This document shows positions 38,789 through 50,810 of a DNA stretch of 64,000 nucleotides, in pieces. The DNA is from Sphyrna mokarran (Eukaryota): assembly GCA_024679065.1 (NCBI GenBank), contig JAGIQG010000020.1, positions 8,742,001 to 8,806,000 of the forward strand, read 5' to 3'. Made by a program: the position numbers and the translations under genes. The notes beneath the pieces were generated by a model. That model was not told the DNA's origin and searched no databases. It saw nothing but the letters and a program-made list of their open reading frames with translations. The stretch's first letter is position 1; every line of letters begins with the position of its first letter.

Positions 38789-39539
38789 TCCTCAGTCATT
38801 GGACAAATGGTGGGGAAAAACATAAGCCAAAAGGAAGACATGCACACACTTCTGCGGAGGAGGTACCGCGTTAGAGGACTGACGGCCAACCGTTAGTGCA
38901 GCAACTTGTAGGTTCGAGCGGTGACCACAGTTCGGGTTGCAACTGATCTCGAAAGACGAAAGTTGGTGTAGGCCAAATGGCATAGGTTTTTGGGGCTTTT
39001 GGTACCGAGGGAAGCGGTAGTGTTCCCCTTGCCCTACACCAGCACTCAGCTCCCTTGTTGCATTATCTTGACCCAGACAGAGGAATTATTGTAGTACCGA
39101 CAGGATGAAGCAGTTGACTGATTCTTAATTGGTCACTTACGGGCGTCAATGGGCTCAAATGTGCGCTCACCGCTCAAAGAATTTGTTCTTCCCAATAGTT
39201 GGAGGAGATTTCTAATCATCACAGTAGAATTGTTCAGTGAGGCTGTGGTGAGATAGAACTTCGTGCTTTCAGAGTGCATAAAAAGCCTAATATACTTTCA
39301 GATGATGCCTACAAGGGGGAGCACGTGGATGGGCAAAAGAATGGGAGCCAGGGACGTATTGTCGAATTGCTGGAATGTGAGCAGGAACAGTAAACATTGC
39401 AGACAAACTTGTAGACATTATTTGATAAAGAATAATGGAACCTGATCACGAGAATAGGCACAAGCAACTGATTAATGAAGGAGAATTGTTGGTTTATGTG
39501 TAGAACCGCGTCAAAGACCGACGCCAGTCCGAAAAGTAT

Positions 39540-39815
39540 GAGCATAGTGGTTAGCACTGCTGTTCCATACCGCCAAGAACCCTGTTTCGATTCCCGCCTT
39601 GAGTCACTTTGTGTTCACATACTGCACGTTCTTCCCGTGTCTGCGTCGGTTTCCTCCATATGCTCCCGTTGCTTCCCATAGTTCGAAAGATGTGCCATGC
39701 AAAATTCTCACAGGCGGCGGGGTGTGGCAACTAGAGGTTTTCACTGTAACTTCATTGCAGGAATTGTAGTTTGGATTACAACTGATAGTTGAAAGTTTAT
39801 TGTGACAATAACAAA
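39540..39815 (+). mobile_element. V-core SINE (paralog ~61505-61780)
   Basis: tagtggttagcac...gtttcgattcc...gcacgttcttcccgtgtctgcgt. Confidence 0.75.
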
Positions 39816-40361
39816 GGAATTGTAAGCATCTCTTAAAAACAGTAGTACTTTGCTCTCGTTACTTTGAATAGAATGTAACTTTGATAAAGGTCATATCAGT
39901 AATGTGGCAGAAGCAGAAGCAGAGTGATTGTGGGGATTCAATGCTGAGTTGTTGAAACGATTGTAAGGATCTGGGATTAGTAATATCTTCAAGTAGTTTA
40001 GAGAAGGAATGTCAACAGGAGATCGGCAATAGTTTACAAGGAAAGAGGAACAAGGCTGTTTTCAAAGAGAGGTTTGATAGTAATCGATGTGAAAGAAAGA
40101 ACACTGTCTGAGGAGAGATAGCAGTTCATGATATCAGCGAAACTGGGGTAAAACAAAGAAAGTTAGATGGTCAGTAATTTATTGGAAACATGGTCCACAT
40201 GGGTCTAATACAGAAAATGAATTATGGAAGGCAATGAGGGAATATATGAAAAAAACATTCAAGTCAACTATGATGCATGCGAAGTAGTGTTCCGTCATTT
40301 CACTCCGATATAACTTCATTCTAAGGAAAGCGTACGCTCTATTTTTTCTAGATTATGTTAT

Positions 40362-42630
40362 TAGAACAAAGAACACAGAAAATTATAGCGCAGGAACAGG
40401 CCTTGGGCCTTCCAAGCCTGTACCGATCATGCTACCTCATGACTAAAACCCTCTACCCATCCAGGGACCATATCCCTCTAATTTCATTCTATCCATCTGT
40501 TCGTCAAGGCGTTCTTTTAAAGTCACCATCGTATCCGTTTCCACTACCTCCCCAGCAATGAGTTCCAGGCACTCATTACCCTCTGTGTGAAAATTCTGTC
40601 CCGTACATCTCCCTTAAACCTTGCCCCAGGCATCTTAAACATATGTCCCCTTGTAATTGACCCTTCTACCTGGGAAAAGGCATCTGACTATCCGCTCTGC
40701 CCATGCCTCTCATAATCTTGTAGAATTCTATCAGGTCACAACTCAACCTCCTTCGTTCTAGTAAGAACAAATCAAGTTTCTCCAAGCTCTCATCATAGTT
40801 GATGCCCTCCATACCAGACAACATACTGATAAATCTTTTTCTGTACGCTTTCCAAAGCCCCCGCACCCTTCTCGTAGTGTGGCGACCAGAATTGAACACT
40901 ATGTTTCAAATGTGGCCTAAATAAGGCTCTACAAAAATGTGGCTTCTCCATTTTTAAACCGAATGCACCTCCCGCTGAAGGCAAGAATGCCGTTTGCCTT
41001 CTTGACTACCTTCTCCTCCTGCATTGCCACTTTCATTGACCTGTGTACCGGTACCCCTAAACCTAACCCTTTGCCTATCAATAATCTTAAGGGTTCTGCC
41101 ATTTACTATTTCTTTTCTATTGCATTAGACCTTCCAAATGCATTACCTCATAGTTGTCGGATTAAATTGCACCTGCCAACTGATCCAAGTCCTGCAGTAT
41201 CCTCCGATGGTCCTCATTGCTGTCTGAAAATCCAGCAACTTTTATATCGTCTGCAAACTTACGAATTAATCTGGCTACATTGTCCTCCAAATCATTGATA
41301 AAGATATTACAAACAGCAACGGTCTCAGCACTGATCTCTGAGGAACACCACTTGTCACAGTCCTCCTTTCAGAAACGTACCTTTACATTGCTACCCTGTC
41401 TCTTCTTTGACGAAGCTGGTTTTGTATCCATCTTGCCAGCTCATCTCTGACCCTATGCGACTTCACCTTCTGCATTAGCCTGAAATGAGGACCTTGTCAA
41501 TGGCCTTACTTATGTCCATGTAGATAACATCCACTGCCCTACCCCCATCAATCATCTTCGCCACTTGTTCGAAAAACTGGATCAAGTTAGTGAGACACAA
41601 CCTTCCCTACACAAACCATGTTGCCTCTCACTAATATGTCCACTTATTTCCAAGTAGAATAAATCCTGTCTCAAAAATTCCTCTCCAAAAATAGCCCTAC
41701 CAATAATGTTAAGCTCACCAGCCTGTAATTTGGATTATTCTTGTTAACCTTCTTAAACAAAGGAACAACAATGACCATTCTCCAGTCCTCTGAGACCTCC
41801 CATGTAGTCAGTGAAGATACAAAGCCCCAGCAATTTTCTCCCTTGCCTTTCTCAGTACTCTGGAGTACATCCCATCAGTCCCTGGGGACTTGCTTACCGT
41901 AATATTTCTCAAGAACCCCATACTTTCTGCATTTTGATCTCAACATGACCCAAAGTAACTACACACCCTTTTCCATACTCATCATCCACGAAGTCCTTTT
42001 CTTTGGTAAATACTACCGCACAATACTCATTTAATACCTCGCCCATTTCCTCTAGCTCCATGCATAGATTCCTCCCTTGTTCTTGAGTGGGCCAACCCTC
42101 TCCCTGGCTACCCTCTTGTTCTTTACATATGTATAAAAAGCCTTGGGATTTTCCTTAGTCCTGCTTGCCAAAGCTTTTTCGTGGTCCCTTTTAGTCTTCC
42201 TTACTCGTTGCTTAAGTTTCTGTCTTTTTTCCTTATTCCACACTTGCTTCACGTGTTCCTATTTCCTACCTTTGACAAATGTTTCCTTCGCTCCTTTGAC
42301 AATGCTCACAATATCTCTCCTTATCCAAGGGTCCCAAAATTTCCCATACTTATCCTTCATCTTTACAGGAATGTGCCGGTCCTGAATCTCTATCAACTTG
42401 CACTCGAAGGCCTCCCACACGCCAGACGTTGATTTTCCTTGAAACATCGTCCCCCAATCTACATTCGTTAGTTCCTACTTAATATTGCTGTAATTAGCCT
42501 TCCCCCAATTTAGCACCTTAACTTGAGGACTAACTTAATTTTATCCATCAGTATCAGTAGTTATTGAATTGTGGTCACTGTTTCCAAACTGCTGCCTTAC
42601 AGAAACATCAATCACCTGGCCGGGCTCATT
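40362..42630 (-). mobile_element. Decayed CR1 LINE
   Basis: SLEKLDLFLLERRRLSCDLIEFYKIMRG; RTKENPKAFYTYVKNKRVARERVGPLK. Confidence 0.88.
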
Positions 42631-44159
42631 AGTGGAAATAATTTCTCTGGATCTATACTATCGCACTAGTTGATCATTCGAAATACGTCAATTAGGGACA
42701 TAGAGTGCAAGAGAAGGCAGACAGTGAGTGACTTAGCAGAAAAGTGTCACTGTTCCAATCTGTATTCTCATTCATGCTTTTAACTTTCTTCACTATAAGC
42801 GCTCGGTTTCGCAAAGCCACACAAATTCTTGCTTCAGCCATAGCCTCATATCAGTCAAAAAACAAGAGATCCTGAAAATTTTTCAACTAGTTTTGTGCCA
42901 AATATCAGCGTTGGAAAGTCATCCCTTCTGAAATAGATTGTGCCTCTTGCTGTCTCTATCTAAGGCATGTCCAAGTAAGGACAAAGTTCTTGCTGAGGCA
43001 GTGTTCCTCCAGATGTATTGGTATTCAATATACATCCATCATGCAGCATGTTTCAAATTGTTAGAACATGCTCTTGATTCCATCTACCCTCAGGTGCACT
43101 ATTCTAAAATACTGCTTCCACAATCCTTGCTAAAGCAAACGTGTCTTTTTTATTACTAGATTGCAACTTTAGAAACATTGAGTTTCTTTTAGTGCCTGAG
43201 TGAGGCACTCTCGTAGGAGATTCACCAGGATGATGCCTGAGCTGTGATTATTTTTTTATAGAGCAAGGAAAACTGAGGTGTTATCTCATCGAGGGGCACA
43301 AATTATGAACGAAATAGATTGAGAGAAAGCTTTCACCTCAGTACAGCGGGCACTAACCACGGGGCAAAGATTTAAAGGAGCAGGCGATTTAGAGAAGATT
43401 TGAAGAAATACTTCTTCAGCCAAAAGGTGTTGGGAATCTGGAACTTGCTGTCTGCAATGGTGACGGAGCAAGGAACCTCAGTGCATTTGAGAAATATATT
43501 GATGAGGAATGAAAAAGTAAACCGCTGGTTGGCACACAGACGCGAAGTGCCTCATTCTGGCCTGGTTTCCTCCAACAGCTTTAAAAGATAATACCTAGCA
43601 CGTTTAAACGGTCGTTTTCAAAACTGAACCCTTCAGCAATTAATTCACCCTGACGAATAGCCCTATACACCTTCATGATATCAATGCATCTACGGCAATC
43701 GTACCGCCTCGCCCGTCACGGAATCAGAGCTGACAGCGGCAGAGAAAGGAAATGTCCCTTGACCTCTGGCGGGAAGTTCCGGTCTCGATCCAGAGAGGCC
43801 GTAAAACTCCCGCAGCTCAGTGTAAAAACCTAAATGCAGCACTTCAGCTGTGATCTGATCAGGGCTTTAGAAAACAAGAAGCATTACTTCCCCACTTTTT
43901 AATTTCAATGCTCTTGTGATAAAGAGAGGTATTCTATTTGATTTCTAATTTACCTTCTGTTCATGCATAGGAATGTTCATTCAAAACATCTCGCCTCTTA
44001 ACGTTACGTAAATTTTTGGAGCAGCTCGCTTTCATATTTTGGTCACAGAATCACACAATTCACTGGTCCATTCACTTCGTTTATCTATGAATACCGAAGG
44101 GTCAGCCAGTTTTCAGTGCCTCCTGAACTTAATCTGATCTGCCGATATGTCACTTTGTC

Positions 44160-44320
44160 ATTTTTAACATTTAGGCAAAACTTGGACAGGTACATGGGTG
44201 AGAGATGTGTGGAGGGATACGATTCAATTGCAGGTCAGTGGGGCTAGGCAAAAAATAGTTCGGCACAAGCAAGACGGGCCAAAAGGCTTCTTTCTGAGCT
44301 CTGATTTTCTATGCTTCTAT
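44160..44320 (+). mobile_element. Short CR1 3' fragment
   Basis: ttggacaggtacatgg...gggccaaaaggc...ttctatgcttctatg tail. Confidence 0.6.
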
Positions 44321-44860
44321 GTTTATGAATCACTCTAACCTTCAATTCGATCGGCAAAATAATCTTGTTCCAGAAATGATCCTCGGAAACCGACATTTAT
44401 CTCCTTTGTTAGTAAAGCGCCCACTTCAACATAATCATTATAGGCCAATTAAAGTTATTGGACAATATATTAAAAGAATGACTTGCAGTACCAGAACCTA
44501 CGTTGCAACTGCTGCATTAAAAAATGAGGACGGAGTTTGTCCTGAATATTTGTAACCAGGCGGATTAGAAATGTCTGCCCGTTTTTGTGAATCTTGAGAC
44601 ACAGTTCAACTCTTTCATTACAATGGCAGAATATAATTAGTTCCATTAAAAAATATGTTGCAATATTACTTCATGCTGTTAATTTAATGTCATCGATCGT
44701 CTCCTTGTTGTGCCTAGGTGTCATTGGCTTTTAAAAAGAATGTGCAGAATATCACAATATAATCTCATCATTTAATTCCCTTTAAAATGCAACCATTATT
44801 TTTTTTTTAAGGGGAAGAGACAGAATAACAAAACAACAGTCGAGATAACGGTATAATGAT

Positions 44861-44866
44861 TTTATT
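44861..44866 (-). terminator. Polyadenylation signal AATAAA, cluster 3
   Basis: tttatt on +, about 190 nt past the stop. Confidence 0.7.
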
Positions 44867-45056
44867 ACACAGCAATATCAATGACATAAAACTGAATCTT
44901 TGATTCAGGGTGAACAGAGTTAAATTGAAACTAAGGGAATCAGCTGATCTGCTACAAACTGTGATGAACTGTTTGAAATATTCCACGATTTGTGGAATTT
45001 ATCTTGAAATGAAACTTTACTAACGGCAGAAAACAAAAATGCATTAGATGCTTGAA

Positions 45057-45379
45057 TCACATACAGCTGGATCTGGAGATGCTTGTTTGAAGCGGGTTTG
45101 CTTGAGTCTCGTGTTTGACCAGACAGGAGTAAAGCTCGTGTGAGTTCCACTCTGAGGCTGACAGAGTCAGATAACTGCTCACACTGTACGTGTTGTCCGC
45201 CTCCTGCTGGACCCGACTGGTTTCAACTCCATTCCCTCTGACGCTGCCATCTACAGTCCATTCAATCTCCGCAGCTCCGGGGTTAAAACCGCTCACCAAA
45301 CACACCAGGGTCGCCATGTTCTTTGCTGTGATTTGATCCGATGAAGGTGGAAGGAGAGACACAGTGGGGCTCCGTGGAC
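45057..45379 (-). CDS. IgL: IgL constant exon, cluster 3
   Basis: Acceptor tttccag at 45380; PRSPTVSLLPPSSDQ...YSCLVKHE...SRSSCM*; 323 nt. Confidence 0.96.
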
Positions 45380-48300
45380 CTGGAAAGTAGAGACAATGAT
45401 CGCACATCTATTAAAAATCAACATAAAACACTGAATCGTTGTTTCACCTTCTTCAGATTTTGTTTAAAATCGCTATTATTCTACAAGAATGTATACATTT
45501 TATATAGTGGAGTCTTATTGATGCCAAATGCAAAAAGGCTGGGACTCTGGTTTCTGGTTTCTGGAAGACATACAACCTGAGAAGGTTTTCCTTTTTCCCC
45601 TGCACGGACGGGAACATGCAAATATTAAAGAGAAAAATAAGAAGGAAGGTTCCGTGCATCCACTTGTAATCTGAAGGAACGCTGTCCTAGCGGGCGTCAC
45701 GGTCACCGAGAATTCCAGAATAAGAATTGTTTGCTTCTGTCACCATTTACACTTAACTGACACAAATCCTACATACTGGACTGATATTTGGGTTTGTGTA
45801 CATTTTTTGCCGTGGCCTCACACCGTGTGCCGCCCAGACCAACAAGTGAGGATGTAGCGTAAATCTTAACAAATAACTTCCTATCGCAATGGAAATGTTT
45901 GGAGACATTTTTTCCGACTGTCACAAACAATTTGTTACAACTAAGAGGAAGAGTTTCTAATCAATATTGTAAACAATTCTAATACATAACAGCATCACCT
46001 AATGACAACCTCAAAAGGCCAGTAATAAAGCAAACGTGTCCTCATAATTATTTATCTCTCATACCTTGTGGCCAAAGCAGATGGACTGTGAGATCTTATT
46101 GTGCTTAGATAGGGGACCCGTGATTCTGACAATTGAAGAATGATTCTGCATCACAAAGACTTAATTGTGGGCATATTCTGAGATCGTGGTCGGCGCTCAG
46201 TCAATGAAAGTTTGCATTTTCTTTTCTTTGTCATTAGTCGATATTCGCAAAGCTGAAAGGGCGTTGTCTCTTTAAGTGACCATTTACCGCTTAAGTTACC
46301 ATCTATCACAATCAATGGGGAAACGCTGAGTAAATACGTTAAGACATTGTAAGGCATCAAAGAAAGGGTTCAGATATGAATATTCATTTCAAATTAAAAG
46401 GACAAGGCTAACCTCTTACAATTCGCCCTGACATTGTGGTATTATGTCTGCTACTATAACAATATGAGGTTTGTCGCTGTCGGCGTAAAAATAGATTATC
46501 TTTGGAGCTAGAAATTCGTCTTATATTTTGAAATGTAATATTCATCCTGTCGCAGAGAGGATGACTAATGAAATTGTGACCGGGCTAAAGGGGATGGCAT
46601 AGTTATAGACTAGTGAACATAGCCTCACTGAAGGGAGAACGAATGGAATAAACGCGGCGTAATCAAATGCAGCAATCACGACATTGCTAGCGGAAAGTCT
46701 TATCCCAATGCGTGAATTGGTATTTTTGAGCAGGTATCATGAGCGGTGAATGACGGCAATATTTTTGCTATAGTCTACATGGATTTTAACAAGGCTCTTG
46801 TTAAGTTCACACATTGGATGAACAGGTTTGATCCGAAATTGGTTCAGAGGCGGAAACAAAGGGTCCGTATATCAATGAGTGCCTCTATGATTGTTGTTAG
46901 ATGAAACAAATTTGGCAATGTGGTTGCGAACGAAGGAAACTGAATAATGCAGGAAGACAGCAATGGACTAGTTAGATAAATGCAACAGCGGCAAATGGGA
47001 TTAAATGCCGAAAAGCGTGAGCAACTGCATTACTGGAAGGCCAACAAGACAAGCGAGTACACGGCATAAATGGGATAATGCCTTTAAATGTGGCGAAACT
47101 GAGTGACTTGAAAATGCATGTCCACAGATCCAGAAGGTGACACAGCAAGTGTTATGGTAGCAAAGGAGGCATGCGGGGCACTTATATTTATGTGCCGGTT
47201 GTTAGAACTTGGAGTTTATGCTGAAACTGTTGGAAAGATGCATAGAAAAAATGTAATTGTACGGGAGCGAGAACAGGGAGATCTGGAGTCAGCTGAAATG
47301 GAATATTTAGTTATAAGTAAGTATTGAAATGTCCTTTTCTTTGGAACAGAAGAGGCTGAAGACAAATCTAGTTGAAGGCATAATATTCTGAGGTGTCCGG
47401 GCAGAATGAATCGGAAAACAGTATTGCCAATGGTTGCGGCTCCATAAGTACGGAGCTTGGATTTAGCGTTAGAAGTAGAAAGGTTAGCGGAGATTGGAAG
47501 GGAATAGTTTCACCCAGAGTGTTTAGGGGTGTGGAACCTATTGTCGGAAAGTCTGTTAGTGACAGATTAATGGACATTTAAATGCACATACAATGTGTAA
47601 TCTGAAGACTAATTAATAAATGATGGATTGTTCCTTGTCAACCAGCGCAGACACGATTGACCAAGTAGATAGTAATAATGCTGCAAAGATATATCATTCG
47701 ATGATTCCACGAATATATTGTATTGTTTTCCTCCCTCATTCAGGCACAGGGCTACAGTGTGCAAATTTATAAGATACAGTGTCGCAATTCCAACATGAGC
47801 TTCCAAACCAGCCATGTCTTCCACTGGATGAACACACGCGCAGCAGATGCACGGCAGCACAACCAGTTGGTAAATCCCCATCAAGTTACACAGCCTACCA
47901 AAGTAGAACTATACTGCCTTTCCTTGGCGAAAAACTCTTAGTTCCCTCCTTAACAGCTCTGTGGTGTACCTATTACAAATGCTTTCTGATCATATCCCAT
48001 GAATCAATAAAAATGGCAATAATCCGCACGTTTTGTTCTATTACAACTCACTGACAATCACAGAACCAGCAACAATCTGAACAAGTCCACAACAATATTC
48101 AAAAACCTGGCAACTTATTCCGAGACATTCCAAAAGAACTGATTGGGTAGAAAGAAAATGAACCGTAATTTCCGACAAAGCAAATATTCTGCGCATGCTT
48201 GATGTTTGTTAATGTGCGATCCAGTAACAATCAGGATCTATTATTACTGGCTGAATTCTCGCAACAATATTGTTATTTTGGATACCCGGGGTTAATGCGA

Positions 48301-48449
48301 AATGATAGGCTGAGAATCTTGTATTGAACATTTTCAGTGAGTTTGCGGACGAGTGGGAGTGAGTGGCTATTGTTCCGCAGACCCAATGCAAAAAAGATCT
48401 TAAAACATAATGTTGCTTTAAGTGGAATGAAGCAGCCTGATGTGAACGT

Positions 48450-49012
48450 TACAGAACCTTAGTTTGGCCGCACTTGGAATACAATTTTCAATTCTGGTCG
48501 CCACACTATCAGAAGGATATGGAATCTTTGCAGAGGGTACAGAAAAAATTTGACAGGATGTTCTCTGGTATGGAGGGAATTAGCTATGATGAGAGGTTGG
48601 ACAAACTTCGTTTGTTCTGACTGGAGCGTTGGAGTTTGAGGAGACCTGATAGAAGTCTGCAAAGTTATGAAAGGCATGGAAAGAGTGGATAGTCAGAAGT
48701 CTTTCTCCCCCCAATTTGGAAGAGTCAGTTGCTAGGGGGCATAGATTTAAGGTGCGAGGGGCAAACTTTAAAGGAGATGTACGAGGCAGATAGTTACAGA
48801 GGATAGAGTGCCTGAAATTCCTTGCCGGAGGCGGTATGGAAGCAGATACGTAGTGACTTTAAAAGGGTGTCTTGACAAGTACACGAATAGAATGGAAATA
48901 GAGGGTTATGGTCGCCGGAAGGGTAGGATGTTTTAGTTAAGTCGGCAGCGTTGTCGGTGCAGACTTGGAGGGCCAAAGGGCCTGTTCCTACGCTGTAACT
49001 TTCTTTGTTCTT
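48450..49012 (+). mobile_element. CR1 3' fragment in the J-C intron of cluster 3 only
   Basis: cacttggaatacaattttcaattctggtcgccacac...ttctttgttc tail; empty site at ~12985 and ~28314. Confidence 0.85.
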
Positions 49013-49583
49013 TTGAATGTAATTCCAGCGCATTAAATCAGGCTACAAGAGCAGCGCGTGACACAGACTGAACCAGCATGTCGCTTTCATAAAATCATGG
49101 AATTCTAGAGCGCCTAAGGGACCGACGTTGGCTTGTAAGAAAAACCTGCTCACTTCGCTGATTTCTATGTCTGTTGTTTTTCACTGTTGAAATGTTTATC
49201 GTCTTGCTAATTATAGTTCCGCTCGCGGTGTTCATACAACTAGGGCACTCTGCTACTAACACTAACTGAGCGAATGAAAACATCCCATCTTTCTAGCAAT
49301 CCGCATTCAAATCATCTCCTTGGGCTGCCGACTGGATCAGGTGGCGCAAAATTCTGGACAGTCCCAGCAGAGCAGACCGGGATTGCACACACTCCAGAAA
49401 AGTTCTGAACCCAGCTATCGCTGCAATATCATTGGTTGCTGAATCAAAGATCCCCCATAAAAATATTTTATGACCAATCATTTTGATTGTCACTAATTCA
49501 ATCCACTTATCCGACCGTTTCGAGGAAATTTTGTTCTTAAGACAGCGTCACAAATGTTTGAGACATTTAGGTGATTTACTTAC

Positions 49584-49934
49584 TGTCCAGATTCAACTTC
49601 GTTCCTCTCCCGAAAATGAAACTATATGGACTGCTGCTATATCGAGCACCACAGTAGTAATCTGCAGCATCCTCCGACAGCACGTTGGTGATGGTTAAAT
49701 GCACCTTGTTACTCGATGAGTCCACAGACCCGGCGAATCGATCTGGAATACCCGAAGCCATGCCATAGCTCTCGGACCAAACAAGCACAGGGGCACTGCC
49801 GGGTTTCTGCCAGTACCAGCTCGTGTAGTAGCTGCCAATGCTGCCTCCGGACATGGTGCAAGTGATGGTGACGGTCTTTCCCGGTGAGGACGAAATGGAT
49901 CCTGGTTGGGTCAGGACAGGATCCGCAATCGCAC
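49584..49934 (-). CDS. IgL: Germline-joined VJ exon, cluster 3
   Basis: AIADPVLTQPGSISSSPGKTVTITC...WYWQKPG...DYYCGARYSSSPYSFIFGRGTKLNLD; acceptor at 49935, donor GTAAGT at 49583; 351 nt. Confidence 0.96.
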
Positions 49935-50070
49935 CTGGTGAAATGCAAAGTATTGTCAGTCACACACTGTGAAATGTTAAATATAGCTTACAATTCAGGT
50001 TCGTTAAAACACAAGCGCAAAAGGAAATAACGTGAAGAAAATGTTACTTCAGTTTGACGCCCGTACTTAC

Positions 50071-50119
50071 TGTGAAAACAGAGTATCAGTGCGGCGAGAA
50101 CTCCAATCGATTGTGTCAT
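50071..50119 (-). CDS. IgL: Leader exon, cluster 3
   Basis: MTQSIGVLAALILCFH, 49 nt, donor GTAAGT. Confidence 0.92.
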
Positions 50120-50240
50120 GGCGAAGGTTTGGGGAGAGGCAGAAGGCAAATAAATCCTGACACGAACGCGCTTCTGAGTCCGTTCCAACCTCTCCTTAAA
50201 AAGATTCAAACACGGCAGGGCGAATGAATATTAATTACGT

Positions 50241-50261
50241 ATGCAAATTTCCTGGCACGTG
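50241..50261 (-). promoter_or_regulatory. Ig promoter octamer plus E-box CACGTG, cluster 3
   Basis: ATGCAAAT at 50241-50248; CACGTG at 50256-50261. Confidence 0.88.
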
Positions 50262-50629
50262 ATAGTAGGCCGAATATCTCCATTTCGGTATTGTCTGATA
50301 TTTTCAAGATGCTCACGATAGTCATTTTGGAAAAGAAGAAATATAAACCTTCCAAGCCACAGAACAGCGTGCAAAATGGCTCAATACCCAATTAACCCCC
50401 CCCCCACCCCCCCCCCAAAAAAAACGGTGTGATAAAACATAAAGAGATTAAATGAATCGTGGCTTGATCTCTGGAAACCTGCAGATTAGAATAAATAAAT
50501 ATTGCGGACAGTAAGGCGTTCAAGAGCGTCCCTGGTGAAAAAATTAGAGAAGAAAAGTGTGAGTTGAGATTTCATGTGCACACAGAGGGGTGTAAGGGAA
50601 TTAAACACACTCCATATTGGCTTCTCGGC

Positions 50630-50712
50630 ATAGGTAGATAGATATGTAGAGATGGATAAAAATAAAGATAGATAGATGTAGAGATAAATAAATATGGATA
50701 GATAGATGAATG

Positions 50713-50750
<38 letters not shown>

Positions 50751-50810
50751 AAAAGCAGTGTATAGATAGAAAGAAAAAGCAGTGGGTAGATACATAGATA
50801 GATAGATATC
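50630..50810. repeat. (GATA)n microsatellite upstream of promoter 3
   Basis: Includes a pure (gata)n run at about 50713-50749. Confidence 0.9.

Larger units (their letters stand above)
29450..42020 (+). repeat. Recent segmental duplication, copy A (paralog of ~49936-64000)
   Basis: Colinear and near-identical by eye, e.g. 31141-31500 vs ~51655-52015; the window end tactaccg matches ~42011-42018. Confidence 0.92.
45057..50119 (-). other. IgL: Ig light-chain cluster 3 (L-VJ-C), lambda/type II, germline-joined
   Basis: join(50119..50071,49934..49584,45379..45057) is open, phase-1 GT-AG introns. Confidence 0.95.

Noticed and set aside
49650-49656. Cryptic heptamer TACTGTG at the end of FR3 in cluster 3, resembling a V-replacement signal
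   Set aside because: Comes from Tyr-Cys-Gly codons, is not conserved in clusters 1 and 2, and no RSS-bearing donor V is visible.
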